Assembly: GCF_006345805.1 (NCBI RefSeq) | Contig: NC_043023.1 | Coordinates: 6,696,001 to 6,760,000, forward strand | Direction of reading: 5' to 3' | DNA from: Octopus sinensis | Lineage: Eukaryota | DNA: 64,000 bases | Part shown: positions 52,329 through 64,000 of the stretch, piece by piece | Layout of the letters: each line of letters starts with the position of its first letter | Position numbering within the stretch: the stretch's first letter is position 1 | Notes under the pieces: model-generated | What the model was told of the DNA's origin: nothing | The model's input: the letters and a program-made list of their open reading frames with translations, nothing else | Database searches by the model: none | Made by a program: the position numbers and the translations under genes

Positions 52329-52723
52329 ACGGAAGTGACCTTATCAGACTCGTCCTTTTTGACCTTAGCCCTTTGGTATACGATAAAAATCCGAAATTCA
52401 ATGTTATTTACCCCCAAATCTGCTAAAAACTTTCCCTGTTATACGTGTTTATTATTATTATTATTTACTATTTTACGTCTTGTCTTCAAATTTCGCCAAG
52501 GTCGACTTTCTCTTTCATTCTTTCAGGGCCGACTAAATAGGTACCAGTCAAGCAGTGGGTGGGGTCCACGTACTCGATTAGTCCCCTTCCCAACAAATTT
52601 CAGGTCCCAGGCTAATAATAAAAAAAGATTTTCATTAATTAATTGTAATCGCGTGTTGTGCTTTTGTGTGAAGCAGAGTTATTTACCCTTTATTACCGGA
52701 TGTGACCTCTCAAACTTTGACCC
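52329..52723 (+). promoter_or_regulatory. TOMM22 proximal promoter with ETS/GABP-like and TGACCT nuclear-receptor half-sites
   Basis: CGGAAGTGACCTT at 52330, TGACCTT at 52360, CCGGATGTGACCT at 52696; locally CpG-richer sequence upstream of the ATG. Confidence 0.45.
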
Positions 52724-52783
52724 AGTCATTTCGCCCTTCCCCTGCGTGTGTGTCTCATTCCTCTCTTACACAAGACAAATACG

Positions 52784-52828
52784 ATGGCAGATGAAAACCT
52801 CTTGAGCTTAGAAGACAAGGACGACGAT
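52784..52828 (+). CDS. TOMM22: TOMM22 exon 1 (MADENLLSLEDKDDD)
   Basis: ATG at 52784 (acgATGg), acidic peptide, GTAAG donor at 52829; phase 0 joins exon 2 to give DDD-ELDETLAER, the acidic Tom22 cytosolic motif. Confidence 0.85.
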
Positions 52829-54815
52829 GTAAGCATTCTTCACACCTTTATTTCATTATAATTCTTATCACCATCATCTATTCATGCGATGGCTGGCATC
52901 GTCTCAAAAACCTCCCAACACCTCCATAAATTGTCCTTCAGGGTCGATCGAGGTCTTTCGTCTCCGGCTTCTGTTATAATTCCTTTCACATCCTGGGTAT
53001 TTTATAAGAATATTATATCTTTGTAGTATTTCACTGCTATTTTATTTCAACAAAGGTCGAAAGGAAAATTATTTATATAATTTATTATAATTCCCTTCGC
53101 TTTTAGGATATTTTATAGGAATATTTTATCAACCCCGAAGGTTGAAAGATAAAGTTAGTGTTAATCTCCCGTTGTAATTCCATTCCCATCTGGGATGTTT
53201 TATCTAGATTTTAAATACACATTAGAAGGCATTCTTTCGATATAACTCGACAAAATCAAAACATTTCACTTGGGGTATTTCCGTGGGTTGTGGAGTATAG
53301 ATATAACGAAATTATACCAGCATATTTCTTCTTACCTGTTTCATGTGTGTATGTAAAATCCGCAAATTTCCAAACAGAAAAACAGAATCGAACTGTCATT
53401 TGCTTCGACGGAAATACCCAAAGTTAAGTGTTTTGATTTTGTCGAGTTATATCGAAAGATTGCCGAAATCCTTCGGTATTGGTACACAACACTTTTCACC
53501 CACACAACCTTCCCTCGTGGCATAGGTAAAGAGGCTAGGCTGAAAAAGAGGGTGAATAACGACTCGCTGGAGACCAATACCGAAGGTTCCCCCGTGGAGG
53601 TTTATATTTTTGTATGTAAAATTCTTTCCATTACTTAACTGGAATATATACAAGCAAACACACACAAATTGGGACTTTGTTTAATGTCAGATCCAACCGC
53701 TGTAACTCCTCGAATCGAAACCGCTCATTGATCGATTTCATTATTTTTATCGACCACCAAAAGAGAAGACGCAAAATCGATCTCGGTAGGATTGAAGCCC
53801 AGAACGTGAAATGCCGCAACTAAATTACTGAATATCATTTTTATCTGAAGCTGAAAGCATATTCTTCGAAATCCATCGATCCATCGTCAAACACAATGGC
53901 GCTGTTTCGATTTTCCATTCAATCCAGCATGAGTTGATTTTTATTTCAATGAATTCGTTTCGTTTCGGAAGTAATGTGTAAAAAGCAGAACGGAAACACG
54001 GAAATAGACACATTTCCGTCTGTTTTATACACGCTCCCATATAATTTGTGTTTATATATTGCTACGGTTACATACATCGGGTGTACTGAAGGGTTCCTGT
54101 TTTTCAGGGTGTTGCGAAAGTACTGGTTGGAGGCCCTAACTTCCGAGTTCTTTTACAGGGCTTAGTAAACCTGAAGGACCATAGGCGCTGTGTGGTAAGT
54201 TGCTTGCTTACCAACCACATGGTTCCGGGTTCAGTCCCGCTGCGTGGCATCTTGGGCAAGTGTCTTCTACTATAGCCTCGGGCTGACCAAAGCCTTGTGA
54301 GTGGATTTGGTAGGCGGAAACTGAAAGAAGCCCATCATATATCATCATCATCATTTAACGTCCGTTTTCCACGCTAGCATGGGTTGGACGGTTCGACTGG
54401 GGTCTGGAAGCCATGGAGGCTGCACCAGGCTCTAGTCTGATTTGGTAGTGTTTCTACAGCTGGGTGCCCTTCCTAATGCCAACCACTCTGAGTGTAGTGG
54501 GTGTTTTTTACGTGCCAGACGAGGGTACGATCAGATGGTGCTTTTACGTGTTATATGTGTATATATATGTGTGTGTGTCTGAATTTGTCCCAGCCCAACA
54601 TCGTTTGACAACTGATGCTGGTATGTTTGGTAAAAGAGACCGATAGAATTAGTACTAGGCTTACAAAGGCAGTGCTCCAGCATGGCCGCAATCAAATGAC
54701 TGAAACAAGTAAAAGAGAGACCGCTGCAATGTGTGAATCTGAATGATGAATATGTTGAATAAAATCATTATTAACTGATCCGTCTGCACTTTTCAGCACC
54801 CCCCTCCCATGTGTA

Positions 54816-54846
<31 letters not shown>

Positions 54847-55209
54847 TCAAATCAAAATCAATTTGATGACTGGCATCCGTGCTAGCGGGGTGCAAAGAGC
54901 ACCATACGAGTATGATCGTTACCCAGCGTCGCCTTACTGGCACTTTGTAAAAAGATTCGAGCGAGGTTGTTGCCAGTGCCGCCTGACTGGCCCCCATGCC
55001 GGTGGCACATAAAAAGTACCCACTGCACTCTCGGAGTGGTTGGCATTAGGAAGGGCATCCAGCTGTAGAAACTCTGTCCAACCCATGCTAGCATGGAAAG
55101 CGGACGTTAAACGATGATGATGATATTATATTAGGAAAAAGGACAACAAAATCCAAGGCAAGACAGGTGTCTCAAGTCCTTTAGAATATTTAATTAAGGT
55201 GAATTTGGA

Positions 55210-55285
55210 GTCTTACAGCTGTTTCTGGGATATCCCGACTGATAAGCTAGCATGTCTGTACACTGGGTATTCTGTCATCAGAGGC
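55210..55285 (-). ncRNA. type I hammerhead motif, antisense in TOMM22 intron 1
   Basis: gcct-CTGATGA-cagaataccc...gggatatccca-GAAA-CAGCTG-TA^agac; imperfect stems I and II. Confidence 0.55.
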
Positions 55286-55569
55286 AAGGTGAGATATATG
55301 AAAAGTTCTAGACTGGGAAATTCAAATTTTATAAGGAATAAAATTGTAGATAGAAGAATACAGAGTGAAGCAGTTTGGAGAATAAAGTTTGCAGTTCATC
55401 TTCTTCCAGAGGGTATGGGGGTTGGTCCGTGAAGGTATAATCCCAGGGGACCACTGGGATCAATGTAATCAACTTAACCACTCTCTGAAATTGCTGGCCT
55501 TGTGCCAAAATTGGAAACCGTTATTATCATCATTTTTATCATTGCTGTTGTTATTTTTTATGTTTCCAG

Positions 55570-55809
55570 GAGTTGGACGAAACCTTGGCCGAGAGAATAA
55601 TCGGTCTGTCAGAAATGTTCCCCCAAAGTCTACGCACCACAACCTGTGCGTTGTGCAGCTTGTCGCTCAATTACGCAAAAATGTTGTACAGTGTCACTCG
55701 GACGGTGGCATGGGTCTTCGTGTCTTCGGCAACCATCATCGTACTCCCGGCCCTCTTTGAATCCGAACGGGCTCAAGCACAAGAGCAGCAACTTCAACAA
55801 CAAAGACAG
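55570..55809 (+). CDS. TOMM22: TOMM22 exon 2 (ELDETLAERIIGLSEMFP...WVFVSSATIIVLPALFESERAQAQEQQLQQQRQ)
   Basis: tttccag acceptor and GTAAAC donor; contains the DETLxER..GLxEMFP motif, a single TM helix with the conserved LP, and a Gln-rich IMS segment typical of metazoan Tom22. Confidence 0.97.
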
Positions 55810-55835
55810 GTAAACTATTATTATTATTATTATTA

Positions 55836-56360
55836 CTAGCACTATGACCCGGCGTTGCCGGGACACAGTGCTACTGCATGCATATACAGCTGCGTGCGTG
55901 CGCACATACACACGAGTACTGTCCAAATCTCTGACCAATCACATACAGCTAGCTGGCATTCAATTGGCGTATCAAGCTTCAGGCATTTTGATTTGATTTT
56001 GGATAGAAAATTCACAAAAAAGTCACTTCTATTGATTTTTTAATGGCTTTGCAGGGTGACTGGGGAAATGTAAAGATGTGCACGACCACCCTTGGACAGT
56101 TTTGAATGACCGTAGAAAGTACGAGCCCTCTAACTGAAAAATTGTGGATTTGTATAAAGGACACACACACAGATATTTTGCCGTTTATATATATATTTAA
56201 TGGCTTTGCGGGGTGACTGGGTAAATGTATAGATGTGCACGACCACCCTTGGATGGTTTTCAATGACCATAGAAAGTGCGAGCCCTCTAACTGAAAAATT
56301 GTGGATTTGTATAAAGGACACACACACAGACAGACATTTTGCCGTTTATATTTATAGAGA
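55836..56360 (-). mobile_element. non-autonomous Helitron with an internal duplication of about 155 bp
   Basis: Minus strand A|TCTCTATAAAT...cccggcaacgccggg-tcatagtg-CTAG|T. Confidence 0.88.
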
Positions 56361-56705
56361 TTATTGTTATGATTATTATCACCTCCATCAACATCACCAC
56401 CACCATCATCATTATCAAAGCAGTGAGCTGGCAGAATCGTTAGCATGCTGGGCGAATTGCTTAGCAGTATTTAGTCTGTTGCTACGTTCTAAGTTCAAAT
56501 TCCACTGAGATCGACTTTGCCTTTCATCATTTCGGATTAAGTTGAGTACATCGACTGCAGTGCGTAACTGGTACTTAATTCATCGACCCTGATAGGATGA
56601 AAGGCAAAGTTAACCATGGCGGAATTTGAACTCAGAATGTAATGGCAAACGAAATACCGCCAAGCATTTCACCCGGGTTGCTAACGTTTCTGCCAGCTTG
56701 CCGCC

Positions 56706-58616
56706 TTTTCTGTCCCTTCTATCATACTTTAACCTCTCAACACCTAACACAAAGCCACCCACCCTTATATAATGTGAGGTAACCATGTATCTCCTCCCCA
56801 GCAGGACACCTTCCTGTCCCTTCTATCATACTTTAACCTCTCAACACCTAACACAAAGCCACCCACCCTTATATAATGTGAGGTAGCCATGTATCTCCTC
56901 CCCAGCAGGACACCTTCCTGTCCCTTCTATCATACTTTAACCTCTCAACACCTAACACAAAGCCACCCACCCTTATATAATGTGAGGTAGCCATGTATCT
57001 CCTCCCCAGCAGGACACCTTCCTGTCCCTTCTATCATACTTTAACCTCTCAACACCTAACACAAAGCCACCCACCCTTATATAATGTGAGGTAGCCATGT
57101 ATCTCCTCCCCAGCAGGACACCTTCCTGTCCCTTCTATCATACTTTAACCTCTCAACACCTAACATAAAACCACCCACCCTTATATAATGTGAGGTAGCC
57201 ATGTATCTCCTCCCCAGCAGGACACCTTCCTGTCCCTTCTATCATACTTTAACCTCTTAACACCTAACACAAAGCCACCCACCCTTATATAATGTGAGGT
57301 AACCATGTATCTCCTCCCCAGCAGGACACCTTCCTGTCCCTTCTATCATACTTTAACCTCTTAACACCTAACACAAAGCCACCTACCTTTATATAATGTG
57401 AGGTAGCCATGTATCTCCTCCCCAGCAAGACACCTTCCTGTCCCTTCTATCATACTTTAACCTCTCAACACCTAACACAAAGCCACCCACCCTTATATAA
57501 TGTGAGGTAGCCATGTATCTCCTCCCCAGCAGGACACCTTCCTGTCCCTTCTATCATACTTTAACCTCTCAACACCTAACATAAAACCACCCACCCTTAT
57601 ATAATGTGAGGTAGCCATGTATCTCCTCCCCAGCAGGACACCTTCCTGTCCCTTCTATCATACTTTAACCTCTCAACACCTAACATAAAACCACCCACCC
57701 TTATATAATGTGAGGTAGCCATGTATCTCCTCCCCAGCAGGACACCTTCCTGTCCCTTCTATCATACTTTAACCTCTCAACACCTAACATAAAACCACCC
57801 ACCCTTATATAATGTGAGGTAGCCATGTATCTCCTCCCCAGCAAGACACCTTCCTGTCCCTTCTATCATACTTTAACCTCTCAACACCTAACATAAAACC
57901 ACCCACCCTTATATAATGTGAGGTAGCCATGTATCTCCTCCCCAGCAAGACACCTTCCTGTCCCTTCTATCATACTTAACCTCTCAACACCTAACACAAA
58001 GCCACCCACCCTTATATAATGTGAGGTAGCCATGTATCTCCTCCCCAGCAAGACACCTTCCTGTCCCTTCTATCATACTTTAACCTCTCAACACCTAACA
58101 TAAAACCACCCACCCTTATATAATGTGAGGTAGCCATGTATCTCCTCCCCAGCAGGACACCTTCCTGTCCCTTCTATCATACTTTAACCTCTCAACACCT
58201 AACATAAAACCACCCACCCTTATATAATGTGAGGTAGCCATGTATCTCCTCCCCAGCAGGACACCTCTTCCTGTCCCTTCTATCATACTTTAACCTCTCA
58301 ACACCTAACACAAAGCCACCCACCCTTATATAATGTGAGGTAGCCATGTATCTCCTCTCCAGCAAGAAACCTCTTCCTGTCCCTTCTATCATACTTTAAC
58401 CCCTCAACACCTAACACAAAGCCACCCACCCTTATATAATGTGAGGTGGCCATGTATCTCCTCTCCAGCAAGAAAGTATGATAGAAGAGACAGGAACAGG
58501 TGTCTTGTTGTGAGGGAGATACATAGCTACTTCCCCATTATATAAGGGTCGGTGGCTTTATCTTAGATGTTGAGAGGTTAAAGTATGATAAGGGGGACAA
58601 GAAGAGGTTTCTTGCA
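56706..58616. repeat. 104-bp tandem array (about 17 copies) plus about 1.3 inverted diverged units at 58474-58616, in TOMM22 intron 2
   Basis: Period measured 56811 to 56915; the right end is the reverse complement of the unit. Confidence 0.97.
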
Positions 58617-59055
58617 GTGTAGGGACATAAACACACCAATATTGGTGTGTTTCTACTCTCATAACTTAGCAGTTTGGCAAAAGAGACTAATAGAATAAGT
58701 ACCAGGGTTTGAAAAAAATCAATATTGGGGTCAATTCATGTGACTAAAAAAATTATTGAAGGTGGTGCCCCAGCATGGCCACAGTCTAATGAGTGAAACA
58801 AGTAAAAGCTCAAAGACCTCTCTCTCCCCCTCTGTCTGTCTGTCTCTATCTCTCGTCCTCTATCTGTCTCTCTCTCTCTCCCCTCCTCTGTCTGTCTGTC
58901 TATCTCTCTCCCTCTTTCTGTCTCTGTCTCTCCTCTCTCTCCCTCTGTCTGTCTCTCTCTTTCTGTCTCTGTCTCTCCTCCTCTCTCTCCCTCTGTCTCT
59001 CCCCCACTCTCTCTCTCTCTCTCTATCTCACTTTGTTTTTATTCTATATTTCCAG

Positions 59056-59139
59056 ATCCTTCTGGGCCCAAATGCTGCTGTGTCTGGTTCCACACCTGGG
59101 TTACTTCCTGGAGTTGGGAGTGCACCACCAAGAGTCTAA
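59056..59139 (+). CDS. TOMM22: TOMM22 exon 3 (ILLGPNAAVSGSTPGLLPGVGSAPPRV*)
   Basis: tttccag acceptor after a long (CT)n tract; QRQ|ILLGPN matches the metazoan Tom22 C-terminus; TAA stop. Confidence 0.95.
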   Translation: MLLGPNAAVSGSTPGLLPGVGSAPPRV

Positions 59140-59281
59140 TGAGAGAGGTTGAATCCCTGCGTCACTTACTCATCATGTGTAGTCACCATTCTCTATTATT
59201 ATTATTATTATTATTATTAGGATGATGATTATTATATAATTTATTTATTATTATTATTGTTTAGGCTGTCAGATTATTTTA

Positions 59282-59287
59282 ATTAAA
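59282..59287 (+). terminator. candidate TOMM22 polyadenylation signal ATTAAA
   Basis: About 145 nt after the stop, followed by GT/T-rich downstream sequence (gttcgttgttgttg). Confidence 0.45.
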
Positions 59288-59466
59288 CATTATTTCTCTC
59301 ACAGATATTTGATGTTCGTTGTTGTTGATTCATATTCTGTTCTTTTCTTTTTTTTAATCTGTCTTCTCCCTATAATTATGGTGTCTGCACAATCCAACAC
59401 ACTTGCTCTCCCACTGGAGTGTTTGCCAAATAACTTGGAAGGTTAGGCCTCCATCCAGGCCTTTCA

Positions 59467-60150
59467 CGATACCCTCAAAACCACAATACCCTCAAAGCCA
59501 GGATACCCTTAAAGCCAGATAACCTTAAAACCACAATACCTTTAAAACCAGGATACCCTTAAAGCCTTGGTACTCGTAAAGCCAGGTAACCTTCAAGCCA
59601 TGATACCCTTAAAACCAGGATACCTATTTCTTTACTATCCACCAGGGGCTAAACACAGAGGAGACAAACAAGGACAGACAGACGGATTAAATCGATTATA
59701 TCGACCCCAGTACATAACTGGTACTTAATTTATTGACCCTGAAAGGATGAAAGGCAAAGTCGACCTCGGTGGAATTTGAACTCAGAGCGTAACGGCAGAC
59801 AAAATACTGCTAAGTATTTTACCCAGTGTGCTAACGTTTCTGCCAGCACGACGCCTTAAAACCAGGATACCCTTAAATCCATGATGCCCTTAAAGCCATG
59901 ATACCCTTAAAACCAGGATACCCATAAAGCCATGATGCCCTTAAATCCATGATGCCCTTAAATCCATGATGCCCTTAAAGCCATGATACCCTTAAAACCA
60001 GGATACCCTTAAAGCCATGATACCCTTAAAACCAGGATACCCTTGAAGCCATGATGCCCTTAAATCCATGATGCCCTTAAAGCCATGATACTCTTAAAGC
60101 CATGATACCCTTAAAACCAGGTACCCTTAATGCCATGATACCCTTAAAGC
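59467..60150. repeat. minisatellite, unit about 20 bp (gatacccttaaagccat), split by a SINE B
   Basis: Visible tandem units on both sides of 59623-59856. Confidence 0.93.
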
Positions 60151-63100
60151 ACTTCCTCCTCACTCGCACATATCTTCAGACATCTTCATCATCGTTTAAT
60201 GTCTATTTTCCATGCTGGCATGGGTTGGACAGTTGGCAGGAGCTGTCCAGACACCAATTGTCTGCTTTGACATGTTTCTCCAACTGCATAACCTTCCTAG
60301 CACCAGCCACATTAGAGTGTGCTGGTTGTTCTTTACATGGCACCACCAAGAGTGCATTTTATGAGGCACTGGCACCTGCAAAGGACATGCCTGGGTGTAT
60401 GAATGACTGATTTGTCTTGGCTTGATATGTGTTCTCGAGTACAGGAGGTTTCTACAACTATAAGTCCCTTGTTATTTCATACATACATGTACTCTTATAT
60501 GTGTGTGTATGTGTAAAGAGAAAAAAAGCGTTAAAAATTCCAACCAAATTCTTTTATTCTTTAACTTGTTTCAGTCATTTGACTGTGGCCATGCTGGAGA
60601 AAGCACTCAGTTTTAGACAGATTTGGTGACTGTATCCAACAATCTGACACCAATAAATGCATATATTCAAGGTAATTCCTCATGTATAGCAAGTAGATCC
60701 AAATATCATTTAGAAGGATTTTTTGAGAAATTCAGAGTATCAGACAGCAAAAATACGTATGGAGAAAATTACATCTTTATTGTTGAAATCACTTTATGAA
60801 GCTGATAATTGTTTCTGTTGTGTTAACATACATGTGTCTGTATGCACATCTAGATGTATATTCATGTTTTCAAATTCGTGAAGATTTACAAAACTTTAAC
60901 ACACCATGCAATATTTAGGTGTGACTGAGTTCTCTCCCTTTTAGTAGAGGACATCTTATCTTTTCTTTTCAATGCGGTCGATATACCTATTTCTTTATTA
61001 CCCACATGGGGCTAAACACAGAGGGGGCAAACAAGGACAGACAAATGGATTAAGTCGGTTACATCGACCCCAGTGTGTAACTGGTACTTAATTTATCGAA
61101 CCCGAAAGGATGAAAGGCAAAGTTGACCTCGGTGGAATTTGAACTCAGAACGTAGCAGCAGACGAAATACCTATTTCTTTACTACCCACAAGGGGCTATA
61201 CACAGAGGGGACAAACAAGGACAGACAAAGGGATTAAGTCGATTACATCGACCCCAGTGCGTAACTGGTACTTATTTAATCGACCCCGAAAGGATGAAAG
61301 GCAAGGTCGACCTCGGCAGAATTTGAACTCAGAACGTAGCTGCAGGCAAAATACTGCTGAGCATTTCGCCCAGTGTGCTAACGTTTCTGCCAGCTCGTGG
61401 TCCATATATAATCGCTGTAAACACGTCAGGCGATGCTCGGGATCTCTAAAACCATAAGGGACACCGAACCGAAACATCTACATCAGGGGTGGAGAAAACC
61501 CCGCCCGCAGGGTGATATACTCGTATACTCTTTTACTTGTTTCAGTCATTTGACTGTGGCCATGCTGGAGCACCGGCTTTAGTCGAGCAAATCGACCCCG
61601 GGACTTATTCTTTGTAAGCTCAGTACTTATTGTATCGGTCTCTTTTGCCAAACCGCTAAGTGACGGGGACGTAAACACACCAGCATCGGTTGTCAAGCAA
61701 TGCTAGGGGGACAAACACACACATACATATACATATATGCGACAGGCTTCTTTCAGTTTCCGTCTACCAAATCCACTCACAAGGCATTGGTCGGCCTGGG
61801 GCTATAGCAGAAGACACTTGCCCAAGGTGCCATGCAGTGGGACTGAACCCGGAACCATGTGGTTGGTTAGCAAGCTACTTACCACACAGCCACACCTATA
61901 CAAAATATACTCTCTTTTACTTGTTTCAGTAATTTGACTGCGGCCATGCTGGAGCACCGCCTTTAGTCGAGCAAATCGACCCCAGGCATCGGCCATGTGA
62001 CTGGCACCCATGCTAGTGGCACGTAAAGAGCACTAGTCAAGCATTGGTCCTCATGGAGGCAATATGGCTGATGCTGGTGTCACATAATTGTCACCTGTAC
62101 TGGTGGCACATTAAAAGCACCATTTGAGCGTTGGGCCTCACTGAGGCAATGTGAACGATGGTGCCATGTAACAGGCAGGCATGCCAGTGGTATGTAAAAG
62201 CTCCCGTTAAACTTTTGGAGTGGTTGGCATTAGGAAGGGCATCCAGTCATAGAAACCATGCCAAATCAGAATGGAGCCTGGTGCAGCCCCTCAGCTTGTC
62301 AGCCCTGGTCAAACTGTCCAACTCATGCCAACATGGACAACAGACGCAGCTGTGTGGTAAGTAGCTTGCTTCCCAACCATTTGGTTCCAGGTTCAGTCCC
62401 ACTGCATGGCACCTTGTGCAAGTGTCTTCTAATATGGCCTTATGAGTGGATTTGGTAGATGGAAACTGAAAGAAGCCTGTCGTATATATATATATATATG
62501 TATGTATGTATGTATATGTTTGTGTCTGTGTTTGTCCCCACCACCACCATTGCTTGACAACCAATGTTGGTGTGTTTACATCCCTCTAACTTAGTGGTTC
62601 AGTGAAAGAAAACACTAGAATAAGTAGTAGGCTTACAAAGAATAAGTCCTGGGGTTGATTTGTTCGACTAAAGGTGATGCCCCAGCATGGCCGTACTTAA
62701 ATGACTGAAACAAGTAAAGGAAGATATATATATATAGGTGCAGGCATGGCTGTGTGGTAAAAAGCTTCCTAACCAAACATGGTTCCGGGTTCAGTCCCAC
62801 TGCATGGCACCTTGGGCAAGTGTCTTCTACTATAGCACTGGGCTGACCAAATCCTTGTGAGTGAATTTGGTTGAAAGAAACTGGTGTCGCTGAGTTTGTA
62901 TCCCCATAGCTTAGTGGTTCAGGAAAAGAGACCAATTAAATAAGTACCACACTTAAAAAAAAATTAATAATATTAGGGCCAATTTGTTCCACTAAAATTC
63001 TTCAAGGCTGTGCCCCAGCATGGCTGCAATCCAATGACTGAAGCAAGTAAAAGATAAAAAATATACTTATATATATGAGGGGATGCCAAAAAGCCCTGAC

Positions 63101-63296
63101 CTTAAGGGTATCTCAAGAAGCCTGGTTGGAGGCCAAACTTCTGAGTGCTGTTGCAAGGCTTAGAAAAACTGAAGGACCACAGCAATAAGTGTGTGAATCT
63201 GTGTGGGGAATATCTTCAATAAAATCATAATTAACTGATCCTCTTGTATTTTTGCCTACTTTTCAGCATCATCCTCCTTGTATGTATGTATGTATG

Positions 63297-63331
<35 letters not shown>

Positions 63332-63420
63332 TAATAAATAAAATATATGCATTCATACATACATATATGTACGTACCAACATCTACATGTATATATACGT
63401 GCATATATAAATATATATAT

Positions 63421-64000
63421 GTGAGTACAGGACACCACAAATAGACGTATAACTCAACGAGAAACGAAAACGTAAAAACAAACATGGAAACGGACTTTTT
63501 TTAACAACGAAAAAACAGAGTACAAGACAAACAATACAAGGAAAATTCCCCTTCATCAGCTGTCCCTAGTACGACTCCATGCGTGTTTCGAAGGTAAGGA
63601 CAGAACACAATCCAGCCGAAACAGTCCTTCCTGCAAAAGAATTAAATAAAATTCCTTTGCAGAGGGGTAAAAACAAGGAAAGAAAAAAATGTGACAAAAA
63701 CAGGACGTAAAAACAATACAAATAAAAAAACAAATACAAAATAAAAATACAAATACAAAAAAATACAGTACAAGTAAAAAATAAAAACAGGACAAGGAAA
63801 CAAACATTGTAGGAGGCCGCCAGCTGGCAGCTCCTACAAGTGAACATGCTTTTTTCCTGCGCTCTTGAATTTTTCCATCGTCTAGGCTAAAAAAAGGCCC
63901 TCAATGCTTGTTTCCTTGTCCTGTTTTTATTCTTTACTTGTACTGTATTTTTTTGTATTTGTATTTTTATTTTGTATTTGTTTTTTTATTTGTATTGTTT
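63421..64000. mobile_element. longer copy of the same fold-back family, right arm truncated by the window end
   Basis: 63711-63810 is the reverse complement of 63900-64000; the left end matches 39190-39370. Confidence 0.75.

Noticed and set aside
52266-52805. 179-aa ORF overlapping the TOMM22 start
   Set aside because: Non-ATG start inside SINE sequence, includes a SINE remnant, and is in a different frame from TOMM22

Overview
Repeat-saturated animal genomic DNA. The (TA)n/(CA)n/(GATA)n density and the SINE/RTE repertoire suggest an octopus or other coleoid cephalopod (inference). One gene is confidently identified: TOMM22 (+ strand, three phase-0-joined exons 52784-52828, 55570-55809 and 59056-59139, 122 aa). 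A second, unidentified minus-strand transcription unit probably starts at a YY1/CpG-rich site near 37.2 kb, with short candidate exons at 13.7, 11.1 and 9.3 kb. The rest is tRNA-derived SINEs (at least 4 families), RTE and CR1 LINE fragments, decayed mariner/maT transposases, MITEs, two non-autonomous Helitrons and several minisatellites. Almost all ORFs in the supplied track are microsatellite or SINE artefacts. The most unusual signal is about ten type I hammerhead-ribozyme motifs from several unrelated families. Each has a palindromic or near-palindromic stem III, and they repeatedly occur as outward-facing pairs on opposite strands in small elements embedded in (TA)n/(TAA)n tracts (3.2-3.7, 32.6-33.1 and 46.7-47.3 kb). 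All structures were folded by eye; none has been computed or tested.
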